Shown here in pieces: positions 12,565-20,425 of a stretch of 32,000 nt of DNA. A program made the translations under genes and the position numbers. The notes under the pieces were generated by a model. The model searched no databases and was not told the DNA's origin. It saw only the letters and a program-made list of their open reading frames with translations. The stretch is from Candidatus Saccharimonadota bacterium (lineage in GTDB: Bacteria; Pseudomonadota; Gammaproteobacteria; Enterobacterales; Enterobacteriaceae): positions 210,001 through 242,000 of the forward strand of contig CP145869.1 in assembly GCA_041941765.1 (NCBI GenBank). Reading direction: 5' to 3'. The first letter of the stretch is position 1; each line of letters starts with the position of its first letter.

Positions 12565-13114
12565 CAAAACTCCATATAATCGGAAAAAAATACCCAACTA
12601 AATAGTTAATTAGAAAAAGAATGGTCAATACAATTATTGGAGAAAAATCAATATTCCAAAAAGTTGGAATTATATTTCGAAGAGGATTAAGAATAGAGTT
12701 TATTAATGGATCTACAACTTCATTTCGAGAATTACTTCTGATTAAAAAAGAAGAAACAATAAAACCAAAAATTAAAATTCCAAACAATTTAAATAATGTC
12801 AATAATCCAATTATAAATATTATTTCAGGCGTTATAAATAAAAATCTCAAATTAAGCCATTTAATTAATAAAACTTTAGAGATACTTAACAAGTATGCTA
12901 TTATTATAATAATAATGCTTTTTATAAATTTATTGTTATATATTGGTCTATAATGTAATAAATTTAAAAATGGATTCGTAATTTTTACTATAAATTGTAT
13001 AAATTCATTATCATTATAACCATTTATAAATAACCACCAAATACGTAATAATAATAACATTATATAGATATCAAAAAAATTTTTTATTAATAAATGTAAT
13101 ATAAACTGTTCCAT
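12551..13114 (-). CDS. yggT: YggT-family integral membrane protein
   Basis: The 187 aa hydrophobic product has the duplicated YGGT-type motifs LLLLRIW...F and NIDFSPIIVL. Its length and position downstream of ruvX match E. coli YggT (188 aa as recalled). The competing 110 aa antisense ORF has no recognisable homology. Confidence 0.8.
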   Translation of the reverse strand: MEQFILHLLIKNFFDIYIMLLLLRIWWLFINGYNDNEFIQFIVKITNPFLNLLHYRPIYNNKFIKSIIIIIIAYLLSISKVLLIKWLNLRFLFITPEIIFIIGLLTLFKLFGILIFGFIVSSFLIRSNSRNEVVDPLINSILNPLRNIIPTFWNIDFSPIIVLTILFLINYLVGYFFPIIWSFVKLN

Positions 13115-13223
13115 AAAATTTTTTAGATTCCTAAAATGATGTTAAATTATCAATAAAAAAAAACTTGTAAATAAAGTATTAGTTACAAAATACTAAAATA
13201 ATTTATTAAAACTCAATTATTTA

Positions 13224-13640
13224 TTATATATTTAATAAAAAACTTTCTAAAATTAAAACAGCAGCAAACGAATCTATATTGCTTTTTTTTAAACCTCGAT
13301 AACCACGATTCAAAAATAATTGATTTTTAGCTTCAACAGTAGTTAAACGTTCATCATATAAATGAACTGGAATATTAAATATATTATATAATTTTTTAGA
13401 AAAAAAACGCGTTTGTATAGTTAATACTTGTTCTGAACCATCCATATTAATAGGTAATCCAACAATAATTATCTCTGGAGACCATTCCAATATAAGTTTT
13501 TTAATTTTTATCCAATCTGGTCTTCCTTTATTTACTTTAATTGATGGTAATAAAGGAGTAGCAGTGTTAGTTAAGGTTTGACCTACGGCTACACCAATTG
13601 AACGAGTTCCAAAATCAAAAGCTAATAATATTTTTGACAT
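13224..13640 (-). CDS. ruvX: Putative pre-16S rRNA nuclease / Holliday-junction-resolvase-like protein YqgF
   Basis: MSKILLAFDFGTRSIGVAVGQ...IIVGLPINMDGSEQ...DERLTTVEA is collinear with E. coli YqgF. I place the start at the ATG at 13640, giving 138 aa, the E. coli length as recalled. The ORF track begins at an upstream TTG (13664) that adds 8 non-homologous residues. The start is therefore somewhat uncertain. Confidence 0.88.
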   Translation of the reverse strand: MSKILLAFDFGTRSIGVAVGQTLTNTATPLLPSIKVNKGRPDWIKIKKLILEWSPEIIIVGLPINMDGSEQVLTIQTRFFSKKLYNIFNIPVHLYDERLTTVEAKNQLFLNRGYRGLKKSNIDSFAAVLILESFLLNI

Positions 13641-13669
13641 GAGATCTATACGTATTTTTTCCAATATTA

Positions 13670-14614
13670 TTAATTTAAACGATTTTCGATTAGATTCATT
13701 AATTTATCAATTATTCCAACTTTTTTTTCTCGTTCAATTTCTTGTACCCCCGTAGGGCTAGTAATATTTATTTCAGTTAATTTATCACCAATAATATCTA
13801 AACCTACAAATAATAATCCTTTTTCTTTAAGAATAGGACTGATCATTTGAGCAATCGCTCTATCTTTTATAGATAAGGATTGAACCTTACCATGACCTCC
13901 AACAGCTAAATTTCCCCGGGTTTCTCCAGATCTTGGTATTCTTGCTAAACAATAAGGAATTATTTCTCCATTAATTATAAATACACGTTTATCTCCTTTA
14001 TTTATTTCAGGAATAAAAACTTGTGCCATACAAAAACGTTTTCCAGAATTTGTAAGAGTTTCAATTATAACAAAAATATTAGGATCATTTTTTTTAATTC
14101 TAAAAATTGAATAACCTCCCATATTATCTAATGGTTTCAAAATAATATCACCATGTTTACACCAAAAATTATAAAGTTGATGTATATTTTTAGTAATTAA
14201 AGAATCGGAAATGATTTCAGGAAAATGAGTTATGAAAATTTTTTCATTATAATCACGTAAACTTTGTGGTTTGTTTATGATAAGAGTACCTTGTTTTTCA
14301 GCATATTCTAAAATATAAGTAGAATATATAAAATCTATATTAACAGGAGGATCTTTTCTCATAAAAATAACATTTAATTTACTTAATTTAATTATTTGTT
14401 CAGGTCCTAATAAATACCAAGGAGTTTTATTTTTTTCAATATATAAAGTTTTAGTACGTGCGTATGCTATTTTATTATATAAATATAAATCTTTTATTTC
14501 TATGTAAAATACTTCATAATTACGTTTTTGAGCTTCTAATATGATAGCTATACTAGTATCTTTATTAAGATCTAATGTTTGAATAGGATCCATTATTAAA
14601 CCTAATTTGATCAT
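13670..14614 (-). CDS. gshB: Glutathione synthetase (ATP-grasp)
   Basis: The 314 aa product begins MIKLGLIMDPI. It contains MRKDPP, NKPQSLRDYNEK, ILKPLDNMGG, YCLARIPRSGETRGNLAVGG and FVGLDIIGDKLTEINITSPT, collinear with E. coli GshB. An AAGGAAA Shine-Dalgarno precedes the start. Confidence 0.95.
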   Translation of the reverse strand: MIKLGLIMDPIQTLDLNKDTSIAIILEAQKRNYEVFYIEIKDLYLYNKIAYARTKTLYIEKNKTPWYLLGPEQIIKLSKLNVIFMRKDPPVNIDFIYSTYILEYAEKQGTLIINKPQSLRDYNEKIFITHFPEIISDSLITKNIHQLYNFWCKHGDIILKPLDNMGGYSIFRIKKNDPNIFVIIETLTNSGKRFCMAQVFIPEINKGDKRVFIINGEIIPYCLARIPRSGETRGNLAVGGHGKVQSLSIKDRAIAQMISPILKEKGLLFVGLDIIGDKLTEINITSPTGVQEIEREKKVGIIDKLMNLIENRLN

Positions 14615-14638
14615 ATAATTATTTCCTTCATCAGAAAA

Positions 14639-15388
14639 TTACCCTAAATCTCCAAAATGACTTTGCAATACAGCTATTGCTGCGAGAGTCGCCGTTTCTG
14701 TACGTAAGATACGTGGTCCTATAGAAACATTAATAAATCCTTTAGAATTTATCATATTAACTTCTTCTTCAGATATTCCTCCTTCTGAACCAATTAGTAA
14801 ACGTATTTTTTTTAAGTGAAAGGGTAACATTTTTATTTGACTAGTATTATTACTCTTATGTGGATGAAAATAAATTTTAAAAGAATTAGTCCATTCTTTA
14901 CACCATGATGATAGTGTCATTATCTTTCTTATTTTTGGGAGATAATTTCTTCCACATTGTTCACAAGCAGCAATAACAAAATTTTTCCAACGTTGTTGTT
15001 TTTTAATAAGTTCTAGATTAGTAAGTTGTACTCCACAACGTTCAGAAAATAAAGGAGTAATAACATTTACTCCTAATTCTACTGCTTTTTTTATAGAAAA
15101 GGTCATTTTTTCACCACGTGAAATAACTTGTCCTAAATGTAAATATAAAGGTGATTCACAATTTTGTTTTTTAATATTAAGAATTTTAATTCGCACAAAT
15201 TTTTTAGAATAAGAAATAATTTTTGCATTACAAATACTATTTTTTCCATTAAAAAATTGAATTGGATTATTATACGTCATTCTTAAAACATTCGTAATAT
15301 AATTACTTATATTAGTTGTTAGAATAATTTCATCATCTACTTGTAATGTAGAAGAATAAGGATAATAAATGCGAGGAATATTCTTCAT
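14639..15388 (-). CDS. rsmE: 16S rRNA (uracil1498-N3)-methyltransferase
   Basis: The 249 aa product begins IPRIYYP. It contains LHLGQVISRGEKMTFSIKKAVELGV, ITPLFSERCGV, AACEQCGRN, LLIGSEGGIS and GPRILRTETA, collinear with E. coli RsmE (YggJ). Confidence 0.92.
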   Translation of the reverse strand: MKNIPRIYYPYSSTLQVDDEIILTTNISNYITNVLRMTYNNPIQFFNGKNSICNAKIISYSKKFVRIKILNIKKQNCESPLYLHLGQVISRGEKMTFSIKKAVELGVNVITPLFSERCGVQLTNLELIKKQQRWKNFVIAACEQCGRNYLPKIRKIMTLSSWCKEWTNSFKIYFHPHKSNNTSQIKMLPFHLKKIRLLIGSEGGISEEEVNMINSKGFINVSIGPRILRTETATLAAIAVLQSHFGDLG

Positions 15389-15393
15389 ATTTT

Positions 15394-16548
15394 TTAAATA
15401 CTAGTCGCTTCTTTTATTAAGATACTCACTTTATCGGTTTTCTCCCAAGGAAAGTGAGATCTTCCAAAATGTCCATAAGTTGCTGTTTCTTCATACATAG
15501 GATGTAATAAATCTAACATACGAATTATTCCATAAGGACGAAGATCAAAACACTTTCTAATTAATGATGTTAATTGCTGATTAGTTTTTTTTCCAGTTCC
15601 AAAAGTTTCGACCATAATAGATGTTGGTTCTGCAATTCCTATTGCATATGAAAGTTGAATTTCACAGCGATCCGCTAATCCAGCAGCAACAATATTTTTT
15701 GCCACATAACGTGCAGCGTATGAAGCAGATCTGTCAACCTTAGAAGGATCTTTTCCTGAAAATGCTCCACCTCCATGACGTGCTATTCCTCCATAAGTAT
15801 CTACAATAATTTTTCTACCAGTTAAACCACAGTCTCCCATAGGTCCACCAATTACAAATCTACCAGTAGGATTAATAAAATATTTTGTATATTTCTTCAA
15901 CCACTTTGACGGTAATATTGGTTTAATAATTTCCTCCATAACAGCTTCTCTGAGTTGATTTAGTGTAATTTCTTCACTATGTTGTGTTGATAATACAATA
16001 GTATCCAAGCCAATAATTTGACCGTAATTATATCTAAATGTTACTTGAGTTTTAGCATCTGGTCGTAACCATGGAAGTATATATTTCTTACGTACTTCAG
16101 ATTGACGTTTCATAAGCCAATGTGCATACATTAATGGTGCTGGCATAAACACTTCAGTCTCATTAGTTGCATATCCAAACATTAATCCTTGATCTCCAGC
16201 TCCTTGTTCTAACAAAATAGGTCGATTAATACCGTTTTGAATATCTGTAGATTGTTGACCAATGGTATTAAGAACTGCACATGAATTGGCATCAAAACCC
16301 ATATTAGAATGAATATATCCAATTTTTTTAATGGTATTACGGACAATCTTTTCAATATCAATCCATGCAGTAGTGCTAATTTCTCCACCTACTAAAACCA
16401 TACCCGTTTTAATAAAAGTTTCACATGCAACACGTGCATTTAAATCTTTTTCTAAGATAGAATCTAATATAGCATCAGATATCTGATCGGCAATTTTATC
16501 AGGATGTCCCTCGGATACCGATTCAGAAGTAAAAAGATATTCAGCCAT
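15394..16548 (-). CDS. metK: S-adenosylmethionine synthase
   Basis: From the ATG at 16548 the product begins [29 protein letters not shown] and is 384 aa, the E. coli length as recalled. It contains [12 protein letters not shown], the [17 protein letters not shown] loop and the remaining MetK motifs. The ORF-track start at 16605 adds 19 non-homologous residues and is rejected. Confidence 0.97.
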   Translation of the reverse strand: MAEYLFTSESVSEGHPDKIADQISDAILDSILEKDLNARVACETFIKTGMVLVGGEISTTAWIDIEKIVRNTIKKIGYIHSNMGFDANSCAVLNTIGQQSTDIQNGINRPILLEQGAGDQGLMFGYATNETEVFMPAPLMYAHWLMKRQSEVRKKYILPWLRPDAKTQVTFRYNYGQIIGLDTIVLSTQHSEEITLNQLREAVMEEIIKPILPSKWLKKYTKYFINPTGRFVIGGPMGDCGLTGRKIIVDTYGGIARHGGGAFSGKDPSKVDRSASYAARYVAKNIVAAGLADRCEIQLSYAIGIAEPTSIMVETFGTGKKTNQQLTSLIRKCFDLRPYGIIRMLDLLHPMYEETATYGHFGRSHFPWEKTDKVSILIKEATSI

Positions 16549-16643
16549 TTTGTATTTATCCTTAATTAAAATCTGATTGTGAAAAAATATTAGGAGGAAT
16601 TTCAATATTAATTATTATAACTAGTTAATTATTTTTAATTTAA

Positions 16644-16674
16644 CCCTTGATGATATCAAAAAGAACCCCATTTA
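16644..16674 (+). promoter_or_regulatory. Sigma-32 (RpoH) heat-shock promoter of dnaK, equivalent to E. coli dnaK P1
   Basis: The sequence is cccttgat-gatatcaaaaagaa-ccccattta. It has the -35 element CCCTTGAT, a 14-nt spacer and the -10 element CCCCATTTA. E. coli dnaK P1 as I recall it is CCCCCTTGAT-GACGTGGTTTACGA-CCCCATTTA, with the same spacing. It lies about 125 nt upstream of the dnaK ATG. Two C-runs of this kind in roughly 85% AT intergenic DNA are very unlikely by chance. Confidence 0.7.
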
Positions 16675-16799
16675 AAACTAATCTTATCTGAATTAATGAA
16701 GTAATACAATTAAACAACATAGTACTTTTTGCATGATAACTCTTAATGTAAATCATGTACTTTCGAAAAAATAAGTAATTTTATAATGGAGAAGTTTAG

Positions 16800-18728
16800 A
16801 TGAGTAAAATTATTGGGATTGATTTAGGCACTACCAATTCTTGTGTTGCTGTAATGGATGGTGATAAACCTCGAGTATTAGAAAATGCTGAAGGTGAAAG
16901 GACTACTCCTTCAATTATTGCTTTTACACAGGATAAAGAAATATTAGTAGGCCAACCCGCTAAACGTCAAGCAGTGACTAATCCACAAAATACGCTTTTT
17001 GCTATCAAACGATTAATTGGCCGTAGATTTAAAGATGAGGAAGTTCAACGTGATGTAAATATTATGCCTTACAAGATTATTTCTGCTAGCAATGGAGATG
17101 CTTGGCTAGAAATAAAAGGACAAAAAATGGCACCACCACAAATCTCTGCTGAAGTTTTAAAAAAAATGAAAAAAACCGCAGAAGATTATCTAGGTGAAAA
17201 AGTTACTGAGGCTGTTATTACAGTTCCAGCATACTTTAATGATGCTCAACGTCAAGCTACTAAAGATGCAGGTCGTATTGCAGGTTTAGATGTAAAACGT
17301 ATAATCAATGAACCAACTGCGGCTGCATTAGCATATGGTCTTGATAAAAATAAAGGAAATCGTATTATTGCTGTCTATGATTTAGGTGGAGGTACTTTTG
17401 ATATTTCTATTATTGAAATAGATGAAGTTGATGGAGAAAAAACGTTTGAAGTTTTAGCTACTAATGGTGATACTCACCTTGGTGGAGAAGACTTTGATAA
17501 TCGTCTAATTAATTATTTAGTAACTGAGTTTAAAAAAGATCAAGGAATTGATTTACGTAATGATCCTTTAGCTATGCAGCGATTAAAAGAAGCTTCAGAA
17601 AAAGCTAAAATAGAACTCTCATCGGCGCAACAAACAGATGTAAATTTACCTTATATAACAGCCGATGCAAATGGTCCTAAACATTTAAATATTAAAGTTA
17701 CTCGTGCAAAATTAGAATCATTAGTAGAAGATTTAGTACATCGTTCTATTGAACCTGTAAAAATTGCACTAAAAGATGCTGGACTATCCGTATCGAAGAT
17801 ACATGATGTAATATTGGTTGGTGGACAAACTCGTATGCCAATGGTTCAAGCCAAAGTAGCTTCTTTTTTTGGGAAAGAACCCCGTAAAGATGTTAATCCT
17901 GACGAAGCTGTTGCGGTTGGAGCAGCAATTCAAGGAGGAGTTTTAGGTGGAGATGTAAAAGATGTATTATTGCTAGATGTAACACCATTATCATTAGGTA
18001 TTGAAACTATGGGAGGTATTATGACACCATTAATTAAAAAAAATACCACTATCCCAACGAAGCATAGTCAAGTTTTTTCAACAGCCGATGATAATCAATC
18101 TGCAGTAACTATTCATGTTTTACAAGGAGAACGTAAACGTGCTTTTAATAATAAATCATTAGGTCAATTCAATTTAGATGGTATAGATCCTGCACCTCGT
18201 GGTATACCTCAAATAGAAGTTACCTTTGATATTGATGCTGATGGAATTTTACACGTATCTGCAAAAGATAAGAAAAGTGGTAAAGAACAAAATATTACTA
18301 TTAAAGCTTCATCAGGATTAAGTGAAGAAGAAATCAAAAAGATGGTACATGATGCTGAATTAAATGCAGAATCCGATCGTAATTTTGAAGAACTAGTTCA
18401 ATTACGTAATCAAGCAGATCATTTATTACATAGTACACGTAAACAATTAAATGAAGTTGAAAAACAATTATCTATTGAAGATAAAAAGAATATTGAAATA
18501 GCCATTGAAAATTTAAATCAAGCATTAAAAACTGAAGATAAAAATAATATTAATGCTAAAATACAAGATTTAATCCGTGTTTCTGAAAAAATTCTAGAAG
18601 TTTATAAAGCACAAAAAAACCAATATAATAGTAGCAATAAAAAGTCTACTGTTCAGGAAAATCCAAACCAAAAAGAAACTGATGTGGTAGATGCTGAATA
18701 TGAAGAAGTGAAAGATGATAAGAAATAA
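16800..18728 (+). CDS. dnaK: Molecular chaperone DnaK (Hsp70)
   Basis: The 642 aa product begins [19 protein letters not shown]. It contains [32 protein letters not shown] and [13 protein letters not shown], and ends [20 protein letters not shown] Shine-Dalgarno sits in the context aatggagaagtttagATG, which resembles the E. coli leader. Confidence 0.99.
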   Translation: MSKIIGIDLGTTNSCVAVMDGDKPRVLENAEGERTTPSIIAFTQDKEILVGQPAKRQAVTNPQNTLFAIKRLIGRRFKDEEVQRDVNIMPYKIISASNGDAWLEIKGQKMAPPQISAEVLKKMKKTAEDYLGEKVTEAVITVPAYFNDAQRQATKDAGRIAGLDVKRIINEPTAAALAYGLDKNKGNRIIAVYDLGGGTFDISIIEIDEVDGEKTFEVLATNGDTHLGGEDFDNRLINYLVTEFKKDQGIDLRNDPLAMQRLKEASEKAKIELSSAQQTDVNLPYITADANGPKHLNIKVTRAKLESLVEDLVHRSIEPVKIALKDAGLSVSKIHDVILVGGQTRMPMVQAKVASFFGKEPRKDVNPDEAVAVGAAIQGGVLGGDVKDVLLLDVTPLSLGIETMGGIMTPLIKKNTTIPTKHSQVFSTADDNQSAVTIHVLQGERKRAFNNKSLGQFNLDGIDPAPRGIPQIEVTFDIDADGILHVSAKDKKSGKEQNITIKASSGLSEEEIKKMVHDAELNAESDRNFEELVQLRNQADHLLHSTRKQLNEVEKQLSIEDKKNIEIAIENLNQALKTEDKNNINAKIQDLIRVSEKILEVYKAQKNQYNSSNKKSTVQENPNQKETDVVDAEYEEVKDDKK

Positions 18729-18782
18729 TAATCTCTTTTCATCCTCTTGAAATTGATTTTAAAGCAAATAGGTTAATGGTAA

Positions 18783-19937
18783 ATGGCCACCAATATTGAT
18801 TATTATGAAATTCTGGGAGTTTCTAAATCCGCTGATGAACGAGAAATAAAAAAAGCGTATAAACGTTTAGCCATGAAATATCATCCCGATCGTAATCCTG
18901 GTGATAAACAAGCGGAATCAAAATTTAAAGAAATTAAAAAAGCTTATGAAATTTTAACAGATCCACAAAAAAAAGCAGCTTATGACCAATATGGTCATGC
19001 TGCTTTTGAACAAGCAGAAACCGGACACGATGAATTTGAATTTAGTAGTACTACTAGCGCTGATTTTAGTGATATTTTTGGAGATGTTTTTGGAGATATT
19101 TTTGGAGGAAGTAGTCATCGAAGCAAAACTCATAAGAATCATGGATTAGATTTAAGTTATACTTTACTCTTATCATTAGAAGAAGCAGTACGTGGAGTTA
19201 CTAAAGAAATTAGAATTCGTACACTATCATCATGTAAATATTGTCATGGAAGTGGGGCAACATTTGGAACATCATCAGTAAAATGTCAAACTTGTCATGG
19301 TGCTGGTCAAATAAAACTACGTCAAGGATTTTTTACTGTACAACAAACATGTCCATCTTGTCATGGAAAAGGAACTTTTATTCAAAATCCGTGTATAAGA
19401 TGTCGAGGGACAGGTAGAAGAGAGCAAGATAAACATCTATCAGTGAAAATACCTGCTGGTATAAATCATGGAGATCGTATTCGACTCTCAGGAGAAGGAG
19501 AAGCAGGTGAGCATGGTGCTCGTGCTGGAGATTTATATGTACAAATAGAAATAAAAAAACATCCAATCTTTGAAAGAGACAATAATAATCTATATTGTGA
19601 AATTCCCATTAATTTTGTTATAGCTGCGCTTGGTGGAGAAATTGAAGTACCTTCTTTTTTAAGTGGTAAAATTAAGTTAAAAATTCCTGCTGAAACACAA
19701 ACCGGTAAGTTATTTCGCATACGCGGGAAAGGAATTAAATCAGTACGAACAAATTCTATAGGAGATTTATTATGTAGAGTCATTGTAGAAACTCCAGTCA
19801 ATCTTAATGAACATCAAAAAAATCTCTTACGTGATTTAGGAAGTACATTTAGTACATCTTTAGGAAAAGATAATAGTCCAAAATCCAATAGTTTTTTTGA
19901 TAAGGTAAAAAAATTCTTTGATAATTTAACTAAATAG
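18783..19937 (+). CDS. dnaJ: Co-chaperone DnaJ (Hsp40)
   Basis: The 384 aa product has a J-domain with YYEILGV and the HPD tripeptide ([10 protein letters not shown]). It has the [13 protein letters not shown] segment and four CxxCxGxG zinc-finger repeats ([32 protein letters not shown]). The C-terminus reads [15 protein letters not shown]. Confidence 0.98.
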   Translation: MATNIDYYEILGVSKSADEREIKKAYKRLAMKYHPDRNPGDKQAESKFKEIKKAYEILTDPQKKAAYDQYGHAAFEQAETGHDEFEFSSTTSADFSDIFGDVFGDIFGGSSHRSKTHKNHGLDLSYTLLLSLEEAVRGVTKEIRIRTLSSCKYCHGSGATFGTSSVKCQTCHGAGQIKLRQGFFTVQQTCPSCHGKGTFIQNPCIRCRGTGRREQDKHLSVKIPAGINHGDRIRLSGEGEAGEHGARAGDLYVQIEIKKHPIFERDNNNLYCEIPINFVIAALGGEIEVPSFLSGKIKLKIPAETQTGKLFRIRGKGIKSVRTNSIGDLLCRVIVETPVNLNEHQKNLLRDLGSTFSTSLGKDNSPKSNSFFDKVKKFFDNLTK

Positions 19938-19940
19938 TAT

Positions 19941-20204
19941 TTAATGCATATTTTTAATACATTTAATTAAATTTGATTTGTGTCTAGCCGCTTTGTTTTT
20001 ATGTATTAATCCTTTTATAGATTGACGATCTAAAGCAGATTGTACAATAGAGAAAGCTAGATCAGCAGCTTTTTTATCACCATTTTTAATAGTGGTATAT
20101 ACTTTTTTGATAAAAGTACGTAACATGGAACGTTTACTATTATTAATTGTTCGACGTTTTTCAGAAATTTTTATACGTTTCTGAGCGGATTTAATCTGAG
20201 CCAA
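19941..20204 (-). CDS. rpsT: 30S ribosomal protein S20, with a TTG start codon
   Basis: The 87 aa product reads [17 protein letters not shown]...[11 protein letters not shown]...[16 protein letters not shown], matching E. coli S20. The codon at 20204-20202 is TTG. It is preceded by GGAGGAG (plus-strand ctcctcc, 20208-20214) at canonical spacing. Confidence 0.95.
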   Translation of the reverse strand: MAQIKSAQKRIKISEKRRTINNSKRSMLRTFIKKVYTTIKNGDKKAADLAFSIVQSALDRQSIKGLIHKNKAARHKSNLIKCIKNMH

Positions 20205-20425
20205 ATTCTCCTCCTAATTTTCTTCTAAATAATTTTGATATGTTAACATCTTTACAATAATAATTAACTAATTATTATGAGTTTTTACTCAATTATTTGT
20301 TTGATATAATAGCAAATAAAATATACTTAAGTTAATAAATTTCAATATTTATTAATAAAATAAACTAAGAAATATAATCTTAATTCATTTTATAAATCAC
20401 CTCTCTACTATGAGATAGAACAATA

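Noticed and set aside
12621-12953. A 110 aa ORF lies on the + strand, antisense to yggT.
   Set aside because: Its product is a low-complexity Ile/Asn/Lys-rich translation with no recognisable motifs. The minus-strand frame carries the YggT signatures (LLLLRIW, IDFSP) at the syntenic position. Long antisense ORFs are expected in AT-rich DNA, where stop codons are frame-biased.
16549-16605. The ORF track gives metK a 19-codon N-terminal extension ([19 protein letters not shown]).
   Set aside because: Homology begins exactly at the internal ATG at 16548 ([18 protein letters not shown] versus E. coli [18 protein letters not shown]). That start gives the canonical 384 aa length. The extension would run into the promoter region.
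19071-19108. A tandem-looking nucleotide repeat, gatatttttggagatgtttttggagatatttttggagg, lies in dnaJ.
   Set aside because: It simply encodes the conserved [13 protein letters not shown] motif present in E. coli DnaJ. It is not a novel repeat element.
19378-19801. Two minus-strand ORFs of 62 aa and 111 aa overlap dnaJ.
   Set aside because: They lie wholly inside the highly conserved dnaJ zinc-finger and C-terminal domains. The translations have no homology signal. They are shadow ORFs.
20302-20310. An extended -10-like element, TGaTATAAT, lies about 115 bp upstream of ileS.
   Set aside because: TATAAT-like hexamers are ubiquitous at this AT content. There is no convincing -35 at 17 bp. It cannot be supported as a promoter without transcription-start data.
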